A stretch of 64,000 bases of DNA, taken from Candidatus Falkowbacteria bacterium (GTDB lineage Bacteria; Patescibacteriota; Patescibacteriia; JAACEG01). Position 1 is the stretch's first letter, and the number at the start of each line of letters is the position of its first letter. The translations under genes were made by a program, and so were the position numbers. The stretch spans positions 748 to 64,747 of the forward strand of contig JABIDK010000001.1 in the NCBI GenBank assembly GCA_018651725.1, written 5' to 3'. Below the pieces are notes generated by a model. The model had not been told where the DNA came from. It saw nothing but the letters and a program-made list of their open reading frames with translations, and made no database searches. Below, piece after piece: positions 19,746 to 28,220 of this stretch.

Positions 19746-20384
19746 ATGACAAAAACTGAAATTATAAAAATTAATTTGCAGAATCCGGAGAAGGATAAAA
19801 TTAAAAAAATCGCCAAAGTTATTAAAGTTGGTGGGGTTGTTGTTTTTCCGACCGACACTGTTTATGGATTGGGTGGTGATGCTTTGAATAAAAAAACAAT
19901 TAAAAAAATCTTTCAAATTAAAAAAAGAGCGTTAAATAAACCGCTCCTTATTAATATCGCTAGAAAAAAGGATTTAAAAAAATATGTAAAAAAAATTCCA
20001 AGTACTGCCAAGCCTTTAATAAAAAACTTTTGGCCCGGACCACTCACAATAATATTTGAAAAATCAGAAATTATCCCAAACGAACTAACCAATAATTCCC
20101 CCTACATCGGTATCAGAATTCCAAACAATAAAATTACTTTAAAATTAATAAAAGAAATTAATTCCCCTCTTATCTCAACAAGCGCTAATGTCTCCGGCAA
20201 GGCAACTCTAAATAATATAGAAGATATTATAAAAACCTTCAAAGATAGCGTTGATATTATAATAGACGGAGGCAATACAACTACAAATAAAGGCTCCACA
20301 ATAATAGATCTAACAAAAGAAAAACCCCTTATCCTAAGAAAAGGGGCAATAACAGACACAAAACTAATAGATTGTCTTGTTTAA
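19746..20384 (+). CDS. tsaC: L-threonylcarbamoyladenylate synthase (YrdC/Sua5 family)
   Basis: GGVVVFPTDTVYGLGGDALN and the overall YrdC-domain pattern. 212 aa. Confidence 0.85.
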   Translation: MTKTEIIKINLQNPEKDKIKKIAKVIKVGGVVVFPTDTVYGLGGDALNKKTIKKIFQIKKRALNKPLLINIARKKDLKKYVKKIPSTAKPLIKNFWPGPLTIIFEKSEIIPNELTNNSPYIGIRIPNNKITLKLIKEINSPLISTSANVSGKATLNNIEDIIKTFKDSVDIIIDGGNTTTNKGSTIIDLTKEKPLILRKGAITDTKLIDCLV

Positions 20385-20398
20385 ATTAAATAATTAAA

Positions 20399-22162
20399 TT
20401 ATTTTTCAAAGTAATCTTCAATTACTTTTTCAGCTAAAAGTTTAAAGCGATCAAGCCCTGCTATAGCCTGTGGTTCATCCCGGTCAATGCGTCGCTCAGG
20501 AAATCCGATGTCTATATCTCCTGCCTTTTTGTCTATTCCCTGATCCTTTCTCCATTGCAAAAGCGCCCTGGTTGGATCCACTCCTTTATAATAAACAATT
20601 TTTGAAGGTTTTTTTGTTGGATTTTTCGCAAAATGTTCCTCCCAAAATTCTTTAGAATTTATCGTATCCTGCGCTTCTAAAAATAAAATACTTTTATCTT
20701 CCAATGCTTTATCTATACTTAAATCAACTGAATGACCTGGATACTTTATTCCTTTTTCTTCACTCTTTTTCTCTTGAGAAAAATATTGTGAATTATCAAG
20801 AATAGCGGATTGTAGTCGTTGATCAGATATGCCAAATTCTTGTTTTAATAGCTGACGAAACGGTTCCAATTTTTTTAATTTTAATGATGCCATGGCTTGC
20901 GCATCACCACCATATCGAGTAAGTTCCCAAAATACTTTCGAAAGTTGTTTTTCAAAATTATAAAAATCCGGTGAATCTACTACATGTCTAATTGCGTCTT
21001 GATAGTCAGAATTTTCAATCGGGTTGTTATTTTTATCAAGCTTATATCGCGACCCGGTTTTTTTGTCCACTTTTGCTTCTTCGGGAATAAAAATAATTCC
21101 GGCGTTTAAATCCATACCCCTTTCTTCATTTGCCCAAACCCATTGATCATTCCAATAATCACCACGACTCATCTCGTCTCCTAATTGACCGCTAAAATAA
21201 TATTGTGAGGCAACATGGGCAGAAGGATAAGTAATAAAAATCTCATTCCCCTTTTCAGATCCATAATATGTATCAGCGACTTCTTCTGTGGCAAAATGGA
21301 TAGCCGCCCTGTCTACATAAGTTCCAGGCTCTCCCTGTCTTCCAAACCCACCTTCTGTAGTTATGAAAGCAAGAGATTCTAAGGCTTCTTCTTTGTTTTT
21401 AAACATGTTAAGCTCAAGAAATTTTACAAGAGCTTGTTCCTTTTCGTTTTCAATTAGATAAACACCAAGAGGTGAACGCAATCTTCCGTCTTCAACCATT
21501 TTCATAAAACCGCCAAAGTAAGCGCCCTTACCTGCGGTATGATGCATATGTCCAACATGATCACGAATCCCCTGTCTTGTAACGTGGGTAACCATTTCGC
21601 GTGGAAATCTTTTAAGTAAAAGCGTGTAATCTTCAAGCGACAGCGAAGCTAAATTTTCCTCAGAAAAATATTTTATAATATCTTCTTTTGAATACTCGCT
21701 CCTTGCCCACTTTTCTTCTTGTTCTTTATAAAAATTATCCAGCATTGCCCTGACACCCTCTATTCCCGATGGCGTTTCTTGTGATTTCAACTTTTCAGAA
21801 ACTGTCTGTAATTCAGTAATCCCTTTATCTTGCTGTTGTTTTAATTTCTCGTACGTTCGCTGTCCAACGACGGCATCGGCTCGAACCTTTTTTAACTTAA
21901 AATAATTTAACAGCTCCTTAAATCCTGAATTGGAAAGCTCGGTAATTTCGCTTTCCAATTTGCGGATAGCTTCCAGTTTTTTATCCAAAGATTTTTCGCG
22001 TTCACCGGTAGTTTCTTGCAATTCAGAGCGTCTTTCCGTTTGAGCCCTTTTTTCGGTAAAGTGTTCTGCTCGCTTAGCCCTAATTGTCTGAGCAGTCTGT
22101 TGTCGTTCTTCCGGCGATTTTTCTTTAGAAAAGTCTCTTATAAATTTTGGTGTTTTATCCAT
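20399..22162 (-). CDS. Large hypothetical protein (587 aa), no recognisable domain
   Basis: Long uninterrupted ORF with a charged N-terminal coiled-coil-like region. Confidence 0.55.
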   Translation of the reverse strand: MDKTPKFIRDFSKEKSPEERQQTAQTIRAKRAEHFTEKRAQTERRSELQETTGEREKSLDKKLEAIRKLESEITELSNSGFKELLNYFKLKKVRADAVVGQRTYEKLKQQQDKGITELQTVSEKLKSQETPSGIEGVRAMLDNFYKEQEEKWARSEYSKEDIIKYFSEENLASLSLEDYTLLLKRFPREMVTHVTRQGIRDHVGHMHHTAGKGAYFGGFMKMVEDGRLRSPLGVYLIENEKEQALVKFLELNMFKNKEEALESLAFITTEGGFGRQGEPGTYVDRAAIHFATEEVADTYYGSEKGNEIFITYPSAHVASQYYFSGQLGDEMSRGDYWNDQWVWANEERGMDLNAGIIFIPEEAKVDKKTGSRYKLDKNNNPIENSDYQDAIRHVVDSPDFYNFEKQLSKVFWELTRYGGDAQAMASLKLKKLEPFRQLLKQEFGISDQRLQSAILDNSQYFSQEKKSEEKGIKYPGHSVDLSIDKALEDKSILFLEAQDTINSKEFWEEHFAKNPTKKPSKIVYYKGVDPTRALLQWRKDQGIDKKAGDIDIGFPERRIDRDEPQAIAGLDRFKLLAEKVIEDYFEK

Positions 22163-22217
22163 AGGTTTTGCCTAATTAATTCTGTTTATATTATATCTTA
22201 AAAAATTATATTAATAA

Positions 22218-22247
22218 AGTAAAAAGGGAAGAGTATTATTCTTCCCT
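22218..22247 (-). terminator. Rho-independent terminator (minus strand) after ORF 22260-22550
   Basis: Hairpin gggaagagtattattcttccc, followed on the minus strand by a T-run. Confidence 0.6.
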
Positions 22248-22259
22248 TAGGGTTATTTG

Positions 22260-22550
22260 CTATCCATGGGCGGCAATAAGCACTTTATTGTTCCGGCCAT
22301 CATCATAAAATACCTTACGAGTTTTATGAACAACCGAATGAAAAACAACTAAATACGCCCATACGGCCATTGGACCGGTAAGTACAACCTCTTCAATGTT
22401 AATATCCATTGTGGCGATATTTCTGCCTACAATATTAACTGCTTCTTCCACCGGAGTAATTAGATTTAACCGTCCAGCCACTTCGGTAATCTCGCAACCA
22501 TTATATAGGTTAGTGTTTGTGAGACCGAGATTAATAGTCTTAACAACCAT
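22260..22550 (-). CDS. Hypothetical protein (96 aa), islet module A, distal gene
   Basis: ORF with GC and codon usage shifted from the flanking genes. No recognised family. Confidence 0.45.
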   Translation of the reverse strand: MVVKTINLGLTNTNLYNGCEITEVAGRLNLITPVEEAVNIVGRNIATMDINIEEVVLTGPMAVWAYLVVFHSVVHKTRKVFYDDGRNNKVLIAAHG

Positions 22551-22632
22551 TTTGTCACCTCTTTATTATTTATTTTACGCTGACTATTTACCAAGGAGCA
22601 ACGATATCTCCTTTTTCAATACAACGAAAAAA

Positions 22633-23019
22633 CTATCTCCGCCATTTTCTCGCTACATCGTCAAGTTTACTCTGGAAATAGGCATCAGAGTGTTCGTGTC
22701 CGGTCATATCGGACACTTTGTCCTCTCTAATTGAAGCGTAATCCCCAACAGGAAGTTTGGACCCTACATTTTTTCTAGCTATCATGCAACTACCCATCCC
22801 ATTGGTATACCGCATGTACTCAACGGTAAAAGAGGTTTTTATAGTCTCAAAATTAACCCTGACTTTGATACTATTAATTTTGTTTATGTTCGCAAACTCG
22901 AACACAAACATTGCGATAGGCTTGAACTGGTGTAACATGCACCAACTATTATGGGCGTTAAAATTATTCTCTTCCCTCCATGGGAGGGTAGTTAAAAACT
23001 CCCTTAATTCTTTTTCCAT
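22633..23019 (-). CDS. Hypothetical protein (128 aa), islet module A, proximal gene
   Basis: A GGAGAGGAGG RBS precedes the ATG. Repeat R1 lies directly upstream. Confidence 0.45.
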   Translation of the reverse strand: MEKELREFLTTLPWREENNFNAHNSWCMLHQFKPIAMFVFEFANINKINSIKVRVNFETIKTSFTVEYMRYTNGMGSCMIARKNVGSKLPVGDYASIREDKVSDMTGHEHSDAYFQSKLDDVARKWRR

Positions 23020-23070
23020 TTGTTCCTCCTCTCCGATATTTTATTCCCTCGGCAGCGGGGTTTTGGGTTT

Positions 23071-23133
23071 TTAAAGAACTTTTACTTCCTCTAAGTCTAC
23101 TTCACCGATTGAAATAAACTTGGAAAAAGTGGG
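23071..23133. repeat. Direct repeat R1 (about 63 bp), an upstream/leader element
   Basis: ttaaagaacttttacttcctctaagtctacttcaccgattgaaataaacttggaaaaagtggg. Nearly identical to 24747-24805 apart from a 6-bp indel. Confidence 0.7.
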
Positions 23134-23722
23134 AATTTTTGAACTTATGGTATTCCCAAACCATATTGTAAACGCTAACGTGGTTTACTTGTAATAATTT
23201 TGACTTGAAATTATCACACCGTCGCTGTTTTCGCATAAAGCGGATTAGAATCGGTTTACTCATTCCCGATTCAGCGATGCTTGTTTATTTATATAGCGTA
23301 GCTGTACGGATTTCTCCTGCAAGCTCTGCGCTTGACGACAAGAAGTCTAGCCTCTTTTTCTCTTTCGAGAATAAGGATAATCTTCATCCTGAGAATAAAA
23401 ATCATCCCTGTCGTCGTTCTCTATCAGATTGCTATGTCTGCAATCTTTGCAGACATGCTTGTAGTGTATCTTTGTACGATACATGCAATCCCGAAGAGGG
23501 AATTGGCAATGGTCCTTTTTCCAAGTCATAACCACCTCCAAAGAGTTAACGCACTCTAAAATATCTCTTTATTCCCAAAATTTTAACCCGCGTCACCAAG
23601 TTTTATATTTGGTATTCAGAAACATCCTTTCGCGCCGACGTTTCATCAAGGTACAGCCGGAACCCGTTTTTGTTGAAGCGGGTGAAAACAAAAATTGCTT
23701 CCACCCGTAAATAACCTAGCTC

Positions 23723-24373
23723 TTACTTTTTATCAATAAGAGCTTCAAGAATTTTGCCCCAGTCTTTACCGTACTCAGCAAAATCCGTACCAGTCCCATC
23801 GCATCTCCAGCACTTATATTTTTCATCATCGCGTTTTATGCTGCCAGCCCCGCTACAGCCTGAACACTCACGCTCAGTGCCGTTTATGCCAACTGTTGAA
23901 ATACAGTTGGTAAATATAGCTTTTGCTCCATCAATTTGAAATTGATGATAATTCAAATTATCAAGCATGGCTGAGGTTGGATGGTGATGATGATTCATGT
24001 CTGTAGCAACGGCTACAAATTTAGCACCGCTCTTTGCGGCCTCTAACGCGAGCGCCCATCCTACGGGCATTACCTTGCCAACATGCCTCAAGCCTTCACC
24101 ACCTTGCGCCATTTTTCCTGCCGGCATAAGAAGATCGCACAGGACTGCGTCCCAAAAAGGGTCTGTTTCATTTTTGTTTAAGCCTGGCCAATTCGTGCCG
24201 TCAATCTCATGCTCCTCAGCCCTCCTTAGAAGCTCTTTTTCATAACCTCTTTTGCTTAAGAGATTATAAGCTTCGTCATGAGATGAACATGTTGTTAGCG
24301 CATGTTCGCCACCCAAAGTCTGCTCTGCCGCCTTAAGGTGCCTCTCGTTGTCATCAATTACTAAAATATTCAT
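23723..24373 (-). CDS. Receiver-like (CheY-like) domain fused to a DnaJ-type CxxCxGxG zinc-finger C-terminus
   Basis: N-terminus MNILVIDDNERHL...DAVLCDLLMP matches the receiver-domain acidic pocket and phospho-acceptor Asp context. C-terminus carries CSGCSGAG and CWRCDGTG repeats. 216 aa. Confidence 0.55.
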   Translation of the reverse strand: MNILVIDDNERHLKAAEQTLGGEHALTTCSSHDEAYNLLSKRGYEKELLRRAEEHEIDGTNWPGLNKNETDPFWDAVLCDLLMPAGKMAQGGEGLRHVGKVMPVGWALALEAAKSGAKFVAVATDMNHHHHPTSAMLDNLNYHQFQIDGAKAIFTNCISTVGINGTERECSGCSGAGSIKRDDEKYKCWRCDGTGTDFAEYGKDWGKILEALIDKK

Positions 24374-24530
24374 AACATTTCTCCAGCCCCTGAAATACCC
24401 CGAGGCACGGGTTAGCCACGATATGCAGCTTTTTTTGAATTGGCAGTGTCGGCTTGCCAGGCCCCCGGGAGCTGCCCCTGAGTATTACAAGTCCGGTTTA
24501 AAGTCATGGACGTGGACTGATCTGCAAACC

Positions 24531-24725
24531 CTATACCGGCTCAGGATCCGGATGTAACCAAATGTCACATTGATCGCAAATGTCATAACCTTCAGCTACT
24601 TGGTTGTGACATCCTTTGCTGGCGCAGATTACCGGAGTGATTGTTGCCAAAAACTCCGGATGTGCTTGTTGTTTTAGCACCGCCAATCGGCGACGCCTCC
24701 TCATGTTATTATCCTTATCGGACAT
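24531..24725 (-). CDS. Small Cys-containing protein (64 aa), islet module B, first gene
   Basis: CASKGCHNQ...CDQCD. Repeat R2 lies immediately upstream. Confidence 0.4.
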   Translation of the reverse strand: MSDKDNNMRRRRRLAVLKQQAHPEFLATITPVICASKGCHNQVAEGYDICDQCDIWLHPDPEPV

Positions 24726-24746
24726 GGCAACACCTCATTATTTAGT

Positions 24747-24805
24747 TTTAAAGAACTTCCTCTAAGTCTACTTCACCGATTGAAATAAACTTGGAAAAAG
24801 TGGGG
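24747..24805. repeat. Direct repeat R2 (about 59 bp), second copy of the upstream/leader element
   Basis: ttaaagaacttcctctaagtctacttcaccgattgaaataaacttggaaaaagtgggg. Confidence 0.7.
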
Positions 24806-24968
24806 AATGTTTATTGAGCCTCCCCCTTAGTTAAATAGTTTTTGTAATGAACATCTAATCTTTATTATTCTTACAATATCACAAAGCAAATAAACTGTCA
24901 GTAAAAATGTAAAAAATGTAAATTTTTATTAAAATTTATTTTATTACCTCGTTTTTTTAGCTTAAATA

Positions 24969-24996
24969 TTGACAAAATTGATATATATAGTATAAT
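24969..24996 (+). promoter_or_regulatory. Sigma70-like promoter for the TrmB-family regulator gene
   Basis: TTGACA, a 16-nt spacer, then TATAAT. Two TTGACAAAAT-like motifs sit at about 24969 and 25015. Confidence 0.55.
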
Positions 24997-25057
24997 ATAA
25001 AAAATGACCCTTCTGTCGACAAAATTAAAAAATACTAAATAATTAACAAAAAAATTT

Positions 25058-25786
25058 ATGCTATTAAAAACATTACAAAAAATCGGGCTTAATGAAAAAG
25101 AGGCCAAGGTTTATTTGGCCTCCCTGGAATTGGGCGAAACAAACATACAAAGGATCTCCAAAAAATCAGGGGTAAAAAGAACAACTGTTTACGATATATT
25201 GGAATCGTTAAAAAAAAGAGGGCTAATCAGCACCTTTAAAAAAAATAAAAAAATCTTTTACTATGCGGAATCGCCAAAATCCCTAGACAAAGACCTTGAT
25301 GAAAAAAAAGAATTATTAAAACAGGCCATGTCGGAGCTAATGTCAATTTCCAATCTCATAGATAAAAAGCCGAAGATTAGATACTTTGAACATGTCGAGG
25401 GAATAAAAGAAGTTTATTTGGACACATTAAACTATCCGGAACAAGAAATGGTTTCATGGATCGCTGAAGAAGCTTTTTATAATTTTGATGTTGATTTTTT
25501 AAATAGCTATTATCATCCCAAAAGATTAAAGAAAAAAATTTGGACAAGAGAAATCGCCTCTGATGATCCGGAAACTCAAAAATATAAAAGAGATGATGAA
25601 AAAAGCCTAAGAAACACAAAACTATTATCAGCAGAAGACTTCCCTTTGGATGTAAGTATAAACCTGTACGGAAAAAATAAAATCGGCATTATGTCGTTTG
25701 ACGAAGAAATAGGCATAATAATAGAAAGTGAAAAAATTTATGTTACATTGAAAAGTATGTTTGAATTTGCTTGGGGTAAATTATAA
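25058..25786 (+). CDS. TrmB-family transcriptional regulator (N-terminal wHTH), paralog 1
   Basis: GLNEKEAKVYLASLELGETNIQRISKKSGVKRTTVYDILESLKKRGLI is a TrmB-type wHTH. It is a paralog of 30869-31618. Confidence 0.7.
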   Translation: MLLKTLQKIGLNEKEAKVYLASLELGETNIQRISKKSGVKRTTVYDILESLKKRGLISTFKKNKKIFYYAESPKSLDKDLDEKKELLKQAMSELMSISNLIDKKPKIRYFEHVEGIKEVYLDTLNYPEQEMVSWIAEEAFYNFDVDFLNSYYHPKRLKKKIWTREIASDDPETQKYKRDDEKSLRNTKLLSAEDFPLDVSINLYGKNKIGIMSFDEEIGIIIESEKIYVTLKSMFEFAWGKL

Positions 25787-25878
25787 ATTTTCGAAATAAA
25801 AAACAAATAAAAGATTTTTATAAAAGAAAAAGCGGTTAGGAGAGTTCTAACCGCTTATTTTATTTAGGTTAATTTAAA

Positions 25879-26139
25879 TTAATGAGCATACTTTGGTTCC
25901 GGAGGATTTTGTTTTCCGCACTTGGTGCAAATTTCAACTATTAAACCCTCGGTTCTTTTGATTGGTGCTTTGCAACACCGACTTTTTTCAATTATAAGCC
26001 CTCCAACTTGATGATACGGATTTGGCCCTGGACAAATATTTTTAAGTATTTTGCTTAAACATTTTTTACAAATACATGCCCTAATTTCGTCTTCCTCTAA
26101 ATCATTTTTGCATTGGCTACACATCCATCTTATCGACAT
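25879..26139 (-). CDS. Small Cys-rich (multi-CxxC) zinc-finger protein
   Basis: CSQCKN...CICKKC...CCKAP...CTKCG. Confidence 0.45.
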   Translation of the reverse strand: MSIRWMCSQCKNDLEEDEIRACICKKCLSKILKNICPGPNPYHQVGGLIIEKSRCCKAPIKRTEGLIVEICTKCGKQNPPEPKYAH

Positions 26140-26318
26140 TTTACTTCTCCCTAATTTTATTTATTTTTTTTAATTTTACACCCCTGACAAATTTATTTTT
26201 TTAGTTTTTTTATGTTAACATCTTGCAAAATTTTTGTAAAATAAATTAGTGGAATTTTTTATTTTAAGTAAAAAAAAGAGGACGACTAGGTGTCGTCCTT
26301 TGGGTTTGGGGTTATTGT

Positions 26319-26645
26319 TTAACGCAACTTAAAATGTTGCGTTCTTACTTTTTTGATCTCCATTTCCGGGTCGCAATTTATACATGCCCCGAGGAAAATT
26401 AACCGACCCTTTAAATGATTGCCGGAAAGCAAGGATTTGGCCGCCCTATGAATATTAGTGACCTTTTCGTACTCTTGTAAAAAATGCGTTGTCCCGCACT
26501 GGTCACAGATTACCCTACCCTGTTTTTTTACTTTTTTAACACATGAGGCACAAAGCCCCTCCCTTCTGTTGATTTCTAGAAAACATACCATACATTCGTA
26601 CGTTTTCCTTTTTACCGATATCGGTAATTGAAACAACTTTCCCAT
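26319..26645 (-). CDS. Small Cys-rich zinc-finger protein
   Basis: CMVCF...CASCV...CDQCG...CINCD. Confidence 0.45.
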   Translation of the reverse strand: MGKLFQLPISVKRKTYECMVCFLEINRREGLCASCVKKVKKQGRVICDQCGTTHFLQEYEKVTNIHRAAKSLLSGNHLKGRLIFLGACINCDPEMEIKKVRTQHFKLR

Positions 26646-26656
26646 GAAAATACCTC

Positions 26657-27256
26657 CTATTTATTTAACTGTTTAAATTCTAGTGGTACTTTAGTAATTT
26701 CATTTTGCTCTTTTAACATTTTATCTCGTTCTACTTGGTCTCCTTTTATTTTGTCTACAATTTTATCTGCTATTGTTTTTATATATTTTAAATATTCTTC
26801 TTTTTCAAATTTAGAATCAGGTATCTCTCTTATTATGAGATCTGCCGCATAAGTATCCTTATTTTTATTCAAGGTGGCGTCCATTGTAATTATAGTATCA
26901 CCATACTGGATAAAACCGTCTACTTTATGACAATAGTCAAGCGGTGTATGTAAGGATGAGTAAAATTTCACCTCACCATACTCATCATCTTCTAGCATTT
27001 TTTCTTTAGATAAGAAGTCAACTACTGTGGCATGAATATCGTTAGCTATAGCTGACTCCGGATCGGTCGGATCTCCAACCTGTACCTCTTTAGCGAATTT
27101 TAAAGACTCATCGTAAGATAAATAACCATCATTTTCTTCCGCCTTTTTATATAAGTCCCTAAATACTTTGCTTTTAGGATTTTCTCTAGTTAGACCAAAA
27201 ACATACTCCTCGAATTGTCTACCGGTCCAGCCTGACCCTTGGTTTGGATTGTACAT
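26657..27256 (-). CDS. Hypothetical protein (199 aa)
   Basis: ORF only. Confidence 0.5.
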   Translation of the reverse strand: MYNPNQGSGWTGRQFEEYVFGLTRENPKSKVFRDLYKKAEENDGYLSYDESLKFAKEVQVGDPTDPESAIANDIHATVVDFLSKEKMLEDDEYGEVKFYSSLHTPLDYCHKVDGFIQYGDTIITMDATLNKNKDTYAADLIIREIPDSKFEKEEYLKYIKTIADKIVDKIKGDQVERDKMLKEQNEITKVPLEFKQLNK

Positions 27257-27299
27257 ATTTTTTACAGATTAATAATAATAGCTTAGTTTCTAATTTTTG

Positions 27300-28217
27300 T
27301 CAAGGCAGACACTTAGCGCAGAACGATTTAAATAAATGTGTGCTTAAATATCTATCGCCTCGGTCGGGTAATATTGTTATAATATTGCCTGATTTTATTT
27401 TTTTAGCAATTTTTAGAGCGCCAACCACTGCTGCTCCGGAAGACATTCCAACGAACAAGCCTTCTTTTTGGGCGAGTTGCTTTGTTACTCTAAAAGCTTC
27501 TTCGTCTTTGACTGTAATTTTATCGTCCAGCATACCAAGATTGTAAATCCCCGGAACAATTGACTCTTCCATATTCTTTAGTCCTTGAATTGTATGATTT
27601 TTAGTTGGCTCTATCCCGATAATTTTAATTTTCTTATTTTGCTTTTTTAAATATTTCCCTGTTCCCATAATAGTTCCAGTTGTGCCAAGCCCGGCTACAA
27701 AATAATCTATCTTGCCTTTGGTTTGTTTAAAAATTTCCGGCCCGGTTGTTTTGTAGTGAGCTAAAATATTCGCCTGACTTTCAAACTGATTAGGCATATA
27801 ATATTTTTGTGGGTTTTTCTTTAAAATTTCATGCGCTTTTTTAATTGAACCATCGGTTCTAAATTTTCCGGGAGTAAGCACGGCTTCAGCTCCAAACGCC
27901 TCCAGAGTTCTTCGTCTTTCTATACTAACACACTCAGGCATTATCAGCTTTACCTTATAGCCCTTAGCCGCTCCAATCATAGCCAGTGAAATTCCGGTGT
28001 TCCCCGAAGTTGGCTCAAGAATAATTTTTCCTTTTTTAAGTTCACCGGATTTTTCCGCTGCTTCAATCATAAAAAGAGCTGTTCGATCTTTAATCGACCC
28101 GCCCGGGTTAGCGCCCTCAAATTTGGCAAATATTTTAACCTTGGAATTTTTATTTATATTTTTAAGCTCTATCAAAGGTGTATTACCAATTGAGCTTAGC
28201 AAAGTATAGTTTTTCAT
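27300..28217 (-). CDS. cysK: Cysteine synthase (O-acetylserine sulfhydrylase), PLP-dependent
   Basis: PLP-lysine region GGSIKDRTALFMIEAAE, EPTSGNTGISLA, glycine-rich GTTGTIMG. Confidence 0.85.
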   Translation of the reverse strand: MKNYTLLSSIGNTPLIELKNINKNSKVKIFAKFEGANPGGSIKDRTALFMIEAAEKSGELKKGKIILEPTSGNTGISLAMIGAAKGYKVKLIMPECVSIERRRTLEAFGAEAVLTPGKFRTDGSIKKAHEILKKNPQKYYMPNQFESQANILAHYKTTGPEIFKQTKGKIDYFVAGLGTTGTIMGTGKYLKKQNKKIKIIGIEPTKNHTIQGLKNMEESIVPGIYNLGMLDDKITVKDEEAFRVTKQLAQKEGLFVGMSSGAAVVGALKIAKKIKSGNIITILPDRGDRYLSTHLFKSFCAKCLP

Positions 28218-28220
28218 AAT

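Noticed and set aside
19725-19916. 63-aa minus-strand ORF overlapping the tsaC start
   Set aside because: It is antisense to a well-supported YrdC/Sua5 gene and low-complexity.
23071-23133. The duplicated 60-bp element read as a sigma70 promoter
   Set aside because: I could not find a convincing -35/-10 pair with proper spacing within it on the minus strand. I report it as a duplicated upstream/leader element without claiming promoter function.
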